Below the pieces are notes generated by a model, which worked only from the letters and a program-made list of their open reading frames with translations, was not told the origin of the DNA and made no database searches. This document shows positions 1 to 11,490 of a stretch of DNA of 64,000 nt, piece by piece. The translations under genes were made by a program, and so were the position numbers. Source of the DNA: Camelus ferus (Eukaryota); assembly GCF_009834535.1 (NCBI RefSeq), contig NC_045696.1, positions 80,602,001 to 80,666,000 on the forward strand, written 5' to 3'. Every line of letters begins with the position of its first letter. Position 1 is the stretch's first letter.

Positions 1-710
1 AGCACTAGGCCTAAGAGTGAAGCATGAACTTTTCATAAGATAAAACTTGTTCGTATTTTAGATTTTGCCACAGCTCTGTTTTCTTGATTTAGGGGTTTAA
101 ACAAATTCCTAATACATCCTTTAAAAAAAGAAAAACAATAACTGGCTTTATTTATTCATCTTTTTCTCTTTCTCCACCCTCTATTATCTTAATGTCATTC
201 TTTTGTCTTAGGACCCTGTTTGTGATTTCCATTTTAAAACCAAGCATTCGAGATTTTCCACAGCCACACAGACAAGGTTTCAGTTCCCGAGGCTGCCAAG
301 CCCACAGCTAGTCCAGCGGTGCAAAAATCCACCCTCTTATCTTTTTTCTTCCCCAAAGAAATAGTTTCTGCCTCCACGCTTTTTCATTTCCAGGAACAAT
401 ACTTCTCTCATGACAAGCAGAGACCCAAAAAATAAGGCGCAGCACTGATCAGAACTCAGTCTTGCTCCCCTCCCCGAACAAACACCTCACTTTAAAAACT
501 GCTCTAGGTCCTTTCTTTCCTTACTAGAAACTGAATTTCATCATCTTAAAGGATATCGACAATTTCCCAGATCGTGGCTGTCCAGGCATTATTTACCATC
601 TCCACAAACTTCTGTGTATATACAACTGAGTGCGAACGTAAGACCTTGACAATGGCAACACAGGAATACCCCCAAGATGCCTGTTTTGATGGGAAAAACG
701 TCCTGACTGC

Positions 711-738
711 TAAAATAAATAAATAAATAAATAAATAA

Positions 739-774
<36 letters not shown>

Positions 775-803
775 ATATTAAAAAATTAAAATTAAATTAA
801 ATT
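711..803 (+). repeat. Compound (TAAA)n(TAGA)n(AAATT)n microsatellite flanked by direct repeats
   Basis: Tandem arrays bounded by AAAACGTCCTG(A/C)CTGC at 695-710 and 804-819. Confidence 0.9.
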
Positions 804-3800
804 AAAACGTCCTGCCTGCAAAAGTTCTTCCTAATTATCTGAAGTCTTTGTATCAATATCAGCCCAATTCGCTTGCTGGCTTATTCTTCCTGGTCTCTCC
901 TCCTGTAACACTAGTAGGAGCACCTGGAGTTGCAGCTCTCCACACAAAATCCCTCCAACGGTAAACGGCGGCTTTGCAGGAAGGCAGAGACCAACGCTGA
1001 ACTTAACAGGCATGAGGACCTTGCAGATTGCTCAATACAGCTCAATGCAGATTTAGTCTCTTACCCCAATCAGCATAGGACAGAGGATACGGAGACCTCA
1101 TCCCAGATCCTTACAGTGTAGTTTTAACGGTATGACATGTATAGTACTTAACAGAAGAAATTATGAATTCATATTTTTGATGTCATGTCTTCCTAATTCT
1201 GGGAGGATGCTGATTTATACAAATGTCAATCCCAGCTAAGGTCCTACAACACACAACTTCCATATGGTGTGTGCCATTATTATCTCAAAGGTTGCTAAAA
1301 TACCTACATCAGAGCTTAAACAACAACCAAAAAAACACATCCAAAAAAAGAGGTCAGTGCGTTCTTCATCTCCTATATCCAAGCGTCAAGAGCTAGTCAA
1401 GTAAACACATTCCCAGGGCAGTCATGCGACACTCACCCCCAGGAGAACTCCCTGCAAAAGGCCGCCTTGGGCAGGAAGCTCCAGAACTTTTATGTGAACT
1501 GCCACCCTCAAACCAAGGAGCACAAGAAAGACGCCTGGGTGGCAGCAGGCAGAAAGCTATCATTAAAGTCAAAAGCATTTTGTACACATTGCCCTCAACC
1601 AAAGGCGCCAGTGTTTTCATCTGCTGCAATCCAAATGCTTCAGTATATTTAAATATTTACCTGAATCAACCTAGTGCTTGTTTCAAAGAAGCTACGATGA
1701 AGAGATGAGATAGCCTTCTTCACAATCTGAAATATATCATTTCCAAACAAATGAGAATGAGTATTTTCTACCGACATTGTCATACTGGTCAAACGGCTCC
1801 TCTCGCCTTCTTATGCACAGGGATGAGCATTCCACTGGACGTGGACACCTGGGCTCGCCTTTCCAAACCCCAAGATTCCATTTGCATGGCACTATTACAA
1901 AACAGCATTTTCACTTATCTTAAGTAAGTGGGGAAGGGTGCATTTTAAGCATAAAGTGTCATCTCATGTTAAAGAATGTCAAGTGGAAGTTCACAGAAAA
2001 AAAGTTTAAAATAAATCTAATTTGCCTGAAATCACAGAACTAGACGTGCTCTCCTTTTCTGAGCATTTTATTTTAGGTACTATTTTTTGGTTGTGAATCA
2101 TCATTCTACTCCAAAGACAAAAATATGACTTTTTTTTTTTTAAGGTGACTTTAATACAAGTTGCTCAAATACTTTTTCAATCCATCTTTGTGAACTCAAA
2201 ATTACTAGGCAACTTAACAAGTGTTCAAGTTGTCTTCTTGGGGGGAAAAATCAACTATTTCTATAGTGAGAGTCCTTCTACATGAGGTCATAGAAAAGAA
2301 TTCATTAATTCTCTCTCAGACAACCACACTGGAGGCCAAAATCTTTCTTCAGAGAAGGGAGAGAGCATTCATCAATTAAGTGTAGTATTGTTCTAGGGCT
2401 TTGTTTATAAATCCAGCATACATCGCCATCTGTTAACTTGGACTAGAAAGCTTTAATTGATATTTATGTAGTTCAGAATAAAGTAAAGGAAAAGTCCTGT
2501 GTGAAAATGCCACCACATAGAAACATCCACACCCCGGAATCAATACAATTCCATTCTGACTGAATAATGTCATATTGAAGGCTTGCTCCCCTGCTCTTTC
2601 ATTCTAAATACTAGTTCCCCATGTTAGAAATATATTTACATCTTCTCCAAAAATTCCTACTTTGCTAATTTTTCAAATAAAAGAAATTCTAACTATTTTT
2701 TAAAAGGTAAATAAACTGCAACTTCACCTAAGCAGATTTTTTTAATGCTTTCGATTCCTTAAGTTACATTCAACTTAGAACAATCCACTCCCACCTCCTT
2801 CCAATTCTAGGTCTCCAGTTATTTGCTCTACTTATCTATAATCACATTCAAGTTGTACTTATGTGGCCTGATCACTAGTTTATATCATTTCATGTACGTA
2901 GATATTCTAGCTCAAATGCAAGCTTTGAAGATAGGAACCACATTTTTACTTCACTGACTCAAAGCTCTTCCCCAATGTATTACTTGATATATAATGCCCA
3001 TTTTAGTTAACTGAATTCAGTTTTTAACTATAAACTAAAACTATTAACATTGGTCCAAATTTAACCATGCCAAAGTCACTCTAGAAATAGTTTAAATTTT
3101 AAGAGTATACGTCATTGTCCCCAAAAGTTAAAGACCCCTCTTGATGCCCTTGCGACCTGAACTCATGGGCTTTCATCACATACTAAAGAAACTTTCAATC
3201 TTCACTCTGAAACTCAGGAAAAATAATTTAGTATTTTTGTACTTTGGTCCTTTTTTAAGCTCTAATTTCCACTTAACTTATTTTTGAAGAATTAACATTT
3301 TAAAATGCTTCATACATATATTATCTCCCCAAGAAGCTGCCATTTCATCTTCGCTGAGATGTGCGGTGAAGTGGAAAGGCAGGAAGAGCTCACAATTCGG
3401 AGGGGAAATGCCTTAACCAGCACACAACACAGAGCTATACAGGAGCCCTCGAGACTGCGCGCTGAGGGAGCACTCCGAGGGCGCGGTCCCGGCTGCCACC
3501 GCGGACACACTCCAGCAGCCAGCACGGCTCCCTACGACACAGCTCTCCGAGAGCAGGGACTGGGCTTCTGCCCACTGCTGTATCCCCAAACACTACAAAC
3601 AGTCCTAACACACAGCAGTGCTCAGTAAACATGTGCGGAACAAGTATTTGCAGGAAAACTGTGTAACGTGTAGTGGGCATTAGCAGGAAAGGAAGCAGAA
3701 GAAAGGGCTGGCCTTAGTTAAATTGTATTTTGAAATTACATTTCCTCTGGTCGCCGTTACTTTAAGAAGGACACAAACGTTAAGTTACCACAGTTCATCA

Positions 3801-3849
3801 CAGTGATCACAGTGGTGGGGAGTCAAAATATCGACTCATACACGGAAAA

Positions 3850-3970
3850 GCTTTGAACCCTGGGGACCTTCAGCCTGTAGGAGAGAAGCAGTAAAGGCAA
3901 CCAAGCCAGCTGAAGTCGAGTTTGAGAGGCTGTCACGTGGAAGAAGAAACACACTTGTTCCAGGTGGCTA
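3850..3970 (+). mobile_element. CR1/L3-like remnant
   Basis: CTGGGGACCTTCAGCCTGTAGGAGAGAAG...GGCTGTCACGTGGAAGAAG resembles the 3' portion of L3/CR1. Confidence 0.35.
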
Positions 3971-3977
3971 TGGAGTA

Positions 3978-4233
3978 GAGTTTTTTGAATTACAGGTCAA
4001 GACCCATTCTTGGGTCATATAATCAATTTAGTGGGTCACTAACTGGCATTCCTTTAAATAAAATAGAATAGTATAGAACTGCACCACAAAGAGTAAAGGC
4101 AAGTACTGATTTATAAGACTCTTGGTTTGGTTATACATATTGAAAATTTCCATGTATGTCTATACACTGGACTACAAGGTAAAGTATGTGTCTCAACGTG
4201 GGTCCCAATCAAAATACGTGGAAAAACAGTGCT
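3978..4233. mobile_element. Ancient non-autonomous hAT-Charlie-like DNA transposon (MER)
   Basis: GGTCAAGACCCATTCTTGGGTCATATAATCAATTTAGTGGGTCAC...GGAAAAACAGTG, with degenerate terminal inverted-repeat-like ends. Confidence 0.45.
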
Positions 4234-5605
4234 AACAGAAAATCGATCTTTAACCATGACCATTTGGGTTCATTATAAAAATGAAACATGTCCAAAAAAT
4301 TAACTATTTCTTAAAGTTAAAGAAACTTTGTTAGCAAATATTCACAGAAATCAAGAACTGAAAGAAACCTTAGTGACCATCTGGTCTGATTCTTTCACCT
4401 CATTAATCATAATGGTAAAGATACCCAAAAGCCAACTGATAGTTAGGGGTAGAACCAGGCCTGGGAGCTGGTCTCCAGGACCCCTGTCCAACTGTCTCGT
4501 TAGTGGATCACAGTAACTCTAGCACAGTCTCATGACCATGTGTCAAAATGTCACATAGGGGAGTTTTGGCACTGGTTGGAATGCAGAGTTAGATGGCCTC
4601 CCCAGTGCCTAACAGATTAAAATTGTTTGTTGTAAACCTACAGTTGTAAAAATACAACTGTATTTATCTTCTGATGATCTGATCTATAAATTTTCAGGAA
4701 AAAGAGATAATGGGGACTTCATATACATATACCATTTTTACAGTGCTCAAGAGCTCAAATATGATAAAAACCATTAAGGAAAAATTAAAATAAAGGCCTC
4801 TTCTTTTGAAGTTTCAGAAGACACAAAGACAAGTAAAAACATCTTATTGTCCAAAAAAAAAAAAAAGTATTAGATAACTCTTAACCAAAAGAAATTCTGC
4901 CCTGAGATAAGCTGCAAAACGTAAATTAAAATCTCTGAAATTGGAACATCCCTTGCCATGTTTTTTCCCCATAAAGGGAAGTTAACTTCTAATCTTTAAG
5001 TATCTGCAGCAAAGTAGGAAGGAAGCATGAATGAGACCTGCTCATACAATTCCCTACCAATCCAGTCCCACCTACATCTTCACTACCCTCCACCCTTCTC
5101 TCAGAGAACAAAATGACTCCTTACAGCAAACCCTTCAGGAAACAACCCACTAACTTCCATGACAAACCAGCAACGAACATTTAAAATTTATATTAATTCA
5201 TGTTTTAAGTCAGTGTGCAAGTTTTGGAGGCCTGTCCTTCTCTGTATTCCTTTCAGGTCCTAGGTACAGGATAACATGGTTTGGAGCAATCTTCCTCTTA
5301 TTCGACTTGGTAAGAAGAAACCCACAGGCTTCCCAAATACAGGGAGTAGGGAAGTAATGGAATCCTGAGTTTTTCTAATGTGTTATTAAAATCAAGAAGT
5401 TCAACTAGTTGTGATTGGGTCATGGTTAAAACTCTAATTCTATACACACATAGAGTCACACAAACTTGCACACATGTAAAGCAAGAAACTTTTGTTATTG
5501 CAGGAAGGTTGGCAGAGCAGGGTGAGTAGTTTAATACTGATGACAACATCAATTATGCCAGATGTAGGTCTGCAATAAGCTAACTGTGGGTCCCCAACCG
5601 GTAAT

Positions 5606-5658
5606 CAGTCACGTGACTGTGGCCACTAATTGACTTGGGTCCTGCCAAGTTTCACGTG
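5606..5658. promoter_or_regulatory. E-box pair including an extended GTCACGTGAC (CLEAR/USF-type) palindrome
   Basis: Perfect 14-bp palindrome CAGTCACGTGACTG at 5606-5619 and a second CACGTG at 5653-5658. Confidence 0.45.
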
Positions 5659-5936
5659 CCCAATAGTTACAAAATAGCTTCCTTTCCATGTGTCTCAAAA
5701 CAGACTTAAATTACCTGATTTTTTCCCCGGCCCTTAAAGCATACCTCATGCTAAAAAGTAGCAAACTAAGACACCTGCGACATCCTTCACCAGGAAATCA
5801 TCCTCTACAGCCAGAAGGCAAGAGTACAGAGTCATGCGCAACAAGCCTCATCGACTCTAAGACAAGTTCTAACATGCAAAAGCGTGAAGTCAAGGGCTGC
5901 TCTTAAAACAGAACTAATCGGATGTCTTTTACTTAC

Positions 5937-6065
5937 TTAAGTTTTAACTTTGTGCAAATTTTTCCTTTTTAAGAAGAGTTGAAGACTCGATTGTCACTCC
6001 AAGTCCTTGGGACAAGCTGCTGCTGTGTGTGTGCGTGTGGACTGATTTGATATGTGTGAGCACAC
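5937..6065 (-). other. Candidate internal alternative first exon (non-coding)
   Basis: Minus-strand donor AAACTTAA|GTAAGT (plus ACTTAC 5931-5936). ATG-free, non-repetitive, with a CA-rich 5' region and CTATAA on the minus strand near 6092-6097. Confidence 0.35.
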
Positions 6066-8162
6066 ACTCACGCACATGTGCAGCTTCTCAGTTATAGAGT
6101 CCGCAGGATTTGTAAATAGAGAACTAGATGTGAATGCCGCCCGGTGGAATTTTGGAACCACTGCTACTACTTGCACAGCAATGGGGCTACCTCAGTGCCA
6201 GTCACAACAGTCACAAGCTATATATGGTTCAGCACCAGCATCCCATCAACTGTATGAAGACATGTCTAAAGGCAGAGGCGTATTTTCAATTAAGCAACTG
6301 GAATAACAGGGTCCAAATTATGTCAAAATTCAGTTGGAGACAACTGTATTTTAATACATCTTTTGCAAGGTCATAGCCAGAGGAAGTTTTCATCCAGAGT
6401 CACCATCCTGTGATACAACGTTTGCTTGAAGATGCAGTGCAACATTATCCCAAACTCATCACAGAAGGCCTGGCTTCCCATTAGTAAGGCTCATATGGAA
6501 AGGAAAGGGGCCAGGGAAAAAAAAAGCACAAAAGAAAGGTAATTTTATTTTTCTGGCTAAAATAATAAGTTTCTCAGTGAAAAGGACATGAAGCAAAGTC
6601 AGTAAACTTACTCAAACTACAGAAGCACAGACTCATCACTGAAGCCAACTCAGTTCTAGAGCTTCAGTGAAAAAGGTAGCTACAGAACACACTGTACAGT
6701 CACCTGCAGGAGAAAAACTCACTGCAAATGCCTTTAAATAACGTTCACCTGCTCCTTAAATCATCATTAAAAGTGTAAATAGAGAGTTTATTGGCAATGA
6801 AACAGTCAGAGTAAACATGGGAACTCACTCATCATAGCTACCTTTCATTCTACAAATAAACTGTAATTCTCTTTTCAAGAAGTCAAATCACTCTCTAGTG
6901 ATACATGGTTTCCCATCCTGAAAGAAGTTTTACCAAGTGGAAAAAAAGTCCACAGCAACCAAATGATCCACCCAACTTTAGTAAGAAGCTGAAGCCAGGA
7001 AGCCGGTATGTTTCACCTGCCATTCAGTACTTCCCTCCCTCAAGTCCCAATCCAGTTTCACACCCAGTCCTGGTTCTCTACATTCCAACTTTGCTACGTT
7101 TGAAAATTACAAATAAGAACTGAGCCAACAGGACCTGTTGAAAACTTCCCACCACCATGCTAATTCCCAAAGTTTGGTGGAAGCTTCTCTCCACTCAAAC
7201 CTTTCAAAGCAGAGTTCCAGATCCAGTGTGAAACACTGGCTGGCTGACTTTCAGCACCGGGCGATAGTACTTCTAGTTCTTCACTTATATGCCAATAACA
7301 ACAGTTCAATCCCATAAACAAAGAAAATGTCTGCTTCAGAACTGCTAAATGAGGGGACTGCAGACATGTTTAATTATGTCTGCCTGGTGGCTAAGGTCCA
7401 AAACCCGCCACCATCTGGAGACTCTGCTTGCCTGCATTTCAGATCCCCACCATTGCTGATGGAAACCACCACTCTGGCCCTTTTCATCAACATAAAGAAA
7501 AGATTAAAATAATTAGGTTTAAGGGCCTCATAAAGGCTGAGATGAAAGCACATTATAGGAGGCACGATTTATCAACTAAATCATAGTTTATGTGGTCTCA
7601 TTTGAAATAAAATCTGGCTTCATTACCACTGAGTTTTCTTGTTGTATCTTCATAGATGGGAGCTCTTTCAACACAATTCTACTGAGGCAGGTTGGACGAG
7701 AAAGGTGAGCCACGTGCTTGCTCTGAAGGGCTGCTTTTGGCCCACAAAGGCCATGTTACTGTCTTATCATCCATCACTCCTTGATGTTAAGCTTGACCAG
7801 GGAGCTGGACTCATTACAAAGCAAGAACTCCCCTCCAAGGCTAAAAAGCAAAGGGACTTTCAAAGCAATTTCTGCTCAGCTACAAAGCAATTAACAAGGA
7901 GATGTCTCCAGATGTGGTACGCTGAGGATCTCTTCTGTTGGTGATCAAACAGTATTTTGTTGTTAAGTATTAAGGTTTTAAACAGTCAACTATCTCATTT
8001 GTAAAAATATTTTCACTCTCATTAAAATCATTACTATTTAATGATACAACCATTGACAGCCCAAATGAGGTCGAGATACTGACGGTCATAAAATGTCAAG
8101 AGGTTGTCATTACCCCCAGGAAAACGCAAACTATAAGTTCTCCCAGGTCTTTTGGGCTCTCA

Positions 8163-8367
8163 AATGGCAATGTCCAATACTGAAGCTCCATGGGACTATT
8201 TAAATTTAAATTTAAATTAATTAAAAATAAACAGAACTTGAAATTTTGTTCCTTAGTCACATTAGCCACATTTCAAGGGCTCGATGTGATTAGTGGTTAT
8301 CCAACTGGATACTGTAGATAGTATGATAGTTCCATCATTTCACAAAATTCTATGGGGCAGCACTTCT
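8163..8367 (+). mobile_element. MER3-like hAT DNA transposon
   Basis: TTTAAATTTAAATTAATTAAAA...TTCCTTAGTCACATTAGCCACATTTCAAG...TTCTATGGGGCAGCACT, the characteristic MER3 core. Confidence 0.7.
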
Positions 8368-8454
8368 CTACAATGGCCAGACTCTCACTGATGAAAAGGT
8401 GAGGGACAAGTATTTTGCACAGGAACTAGTATTTCCGCTTGGAAACCAAGTGAG

Positions 8455-8705
8455 GCACTTGAGCAGAGCTGTTAAGAGCCAACACTCTGGAGTCCAACTA
8501 CTGAATTCTACCCCTGGTTCAACCACTTATGGCTCTGGAACTGGGACAGGTTACTTACTCCCCATACCTGTTTCCTGTCTGTAAAACAAGGATAATTACA
8601 GCACCCATCCTCACAGGACTGCGGTAAGGATTAAATGCGTTAAGTGCTCAAAGCAGCAAGTGCTCAGAACAGCAAGACTAAGCAAATATTTGCTGTTATT
8701 ATTAT
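8455..8705 (+). mobile_element. MIR SINE
   Basis: GTTAAGAGC...CTCTGGAGTC...CTGTTTCCTGTCTGTAAAACAAGGATAAT...AAGGATTAAATG core with a TATTATTAT tail. Confidence 0.75.
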
Positions 8706-9479
8706 GAAGCCCTAAGTATGCTTCAAGGCCTTAAAAATGCTCATAGCCTTTCTAGTTAATGAGTATTTTGTTCCTTTTAGTATGTGTGACTGGCTGTAAC
8801 AGCCAATCTCCATGCTATCTTAGAACACTTAAGAGAAAAGATAAGGTTCATGAGCCAAAACTTGCCTTTTAAGTTTGACTACCTTTCACAAAACAGGATC
8901 TTAATCTAGAAAGAATAAAGATTAATTCAGATTTTATTACTCATAATAAATTTAATCACTCAATTAATTGCATGTATATATAAACCAGGTTAGTTTTTCC
9001 ATGTCAGGTTAAATTCACAAATATGTTCCCTGAATAGAAACCTGCTATTAAAATTATATCCAATTTACTGAAAATTCCAAATCAGCAGTGCCTAAATTGA
9101 TGATTGCATAAACTTACGGTACACTAAAGTTCATCCTGTTTGAAAAAGCTGAGAAATATAAAGGCTGGAAACACATAAAACTGAACAACATTATGGTCCT
9201 ACACAAAAGTTTGAAAGTTGATGAAAAAGTAATTCTTTTGAATAAGAAAAAAAGTTAAGTCTGAAAAATAAGCTAATTTTTAATACTACCAAAAGACTCA
9301 CTTGTTTGTTACTACAAATAACCTTTTTTCCCATTTCAGGAAAAAAAAAGTTTGTGAGCCAAAACCAAAGTCAACTTGAAAAGTACTGATTAGTTAGAAA
9401 TTTTATATTCCCAATCACCAATTTGTGTAGCAAAAATGCCAATATTTCATTTGGAAAGTTTTCAACTAGAAGAAAACTT

Positions 9480-9700
9480 ATGCTGAAAAAAAAATGGTGA
9501 AATAACTAGAGATTAAATAAGAGGTGTGGGGTCTGCATCAAAACAGTACAGCAGGGAGTGGGGATGAACAGGGGTAAAGACTAAACGAGTATGACCATGA
9601 GCTGACGGATGTTAAGGGCAGGTGACAAGAACACAGGGACCCACTGCTATCCTCTACATTTGTAGTATATGTTTGAAATTTTTCATAATTACCATCTTTA
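9480..9700 (+). mobile_element. Old L1 (L1ME/L1MC-like) 3' end
   Basis: Ends CTCTACATTTGTAGTATATGTTTGAAATTTTTCATAAT, a typical L1ME-class terminus. Confidence 0.55.
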
Positions 9701-11282
9701 AAAAACAAACTCACCTAAGAAAAATATACGGTTTTTTGGTTTAAAGTAAAAAAGGTAAGGGTTAAAAGTCATACCACATGTGCACCGGTCTCACCGTCCA
9801 CAGCCAGGGAGCTACAACTCTGCTCTTCCCCGCGCATCAGCCATCACAGGCAGTAGAATTTATGACTATCCCACACAACGGTATGCCCAGAGGAGTGTTC
9901 ATTCTTTCCTGTGACTCGGTTTGGGATTTTATTTGTCTCTTTCTTCACCAATTCCACGGAAAGAAAACCACAAGGTAGATTAGCTAACACACTCCAGAAA
10001 TAGCCAAGGGTCTTATTTTAATATCATAAACTCTTGACTCCAAGATGTGCCTTTTTTTTAAGGCTATTAAGAGGCTGCATTCTGTAGACAGATCCCAGTT
10101 TAGTACTCGAACATCTAAAATTACACAATTATAGTAATTTGGGTGATTTCTAACTCTGTCCTTCATTTGTAAAAATGGGAATGTCAAAATATTCTAATAA
10201 GAGTCTAGGAAAATGTTAGCACTATGAAAATATTGTAATGTTCATATCATTATAAGTGAAGAAGATGTGCACCTACAGATTTTCAGTTAGAGGTTAGTCA
10301 GTTCTGAGACAATAAAATGCAACACAGGAGAAAAAGGGAGAGGGAGATCTAGAATCAAGAAATTGTAACTGTTGCCTGATTTTTCCCTTTATTTCCCATG
10401 GTGCCCTAAGGAAAGGTGCACACTTTCAGGTTAGGTTTTCTCATCTCCACACTGAGCCAATCCACACTTCGTTTACTTCACAGGGTCCTGTGGGAATGAC
10501 TCCATAATATATAGAAAACTGCTTTTTAAATAAAGTGCTATTTAAATAAAAGAAATCAGCTTGTAAATTGCTTTAGTAGCCAACCCCAACCCCCACCAAA
10601 AATTGGCTTCAGGCTATTCCCCTACTTAGAACGGGAAAGGGGAAAACAAGACCCAATTAAATGAAGATGACTGAATAGAACTGTCAGCCAGATTTCACAA
10701 CCTCCCTCATGTAATGATGAAACGGGAGCCACCTGACTAGAACATCTGGGCACAACTGAGTAAGGCCGCCAAGGCACTCTGAACGGGAGGCTGAAGAGTC
10801 CAGGTATTGAGGCAAGTCAATGAGATCAAAGGCACACAACGATGACTAACTAGAATTCACTAGTTCTTTGAAGGTATCAACCTCTGCCTAATTGCGGTAA
10901 CCCTGTCTTTGCTTATTCTAGCTACATAAAAGCCAGCGAACATTTTATAAAACATTTTGCTTAGCAAAATAAAATTAATAAATAAATACCAAGGAAATTC
11001 TGATTCGATCTCACTAAGATATACAAAACTGTCTACTTCAAATGGAAGGAGCAGCCAACAGCAAAGCTATCATCAACCTCTCGCGTGGCAAACCTTAACA
11101 GGCAGTTATCAAGTCAAGGAAGCCGACAATGGCATTTCTCAGCAAAAGCACAAGAAGCTGACCCAAATAACTGTAGGAGGAATAATGCAATGCGTAATAC
11201 AGAAGAGACTGATAAAGGAATATGCAGTTTCAGGGAGAAGATTTTATTATGCCCTCTCCTATCCCACACAATTTTCCACAAC

Positions 11283-11490
11283 TGACTAGGTTCAAATCCT
11301 GACTCCACAACTTACTAGCTTTTAACTTCAGGCAAGTCTCTTGCCCTCTCAGTACCTCAGTTTCTTCATTTACAAAATGAAAATGATAAAGTACCTACCT
11401 CATGAAACTGTGAAGATTAAATGAAGAAATGCACATAAAGCACTTAAAAGCATGGCACAGAGTAAGCACTGAATCTACGTATAGTAAGAA
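11283..11490 (+). mobile_element. MIR SINE
   Basis: GGTTCAAATCCTGACTCCAC...GGCAAGTCTCTTGCCCTCTCAGTACCTCAGTTTCTTCATTTACAAAATG...GTGAAGATTAAATGA. Confidence 0.8.

Noticed and set aside
831..1121. Protein-like short ORFs near the window start as a possible coding exon
   Set aside because: No similarity to the FNDC3B N-terminus as I recall it or to another protein I recognise, and no convincing flanking splice sites.
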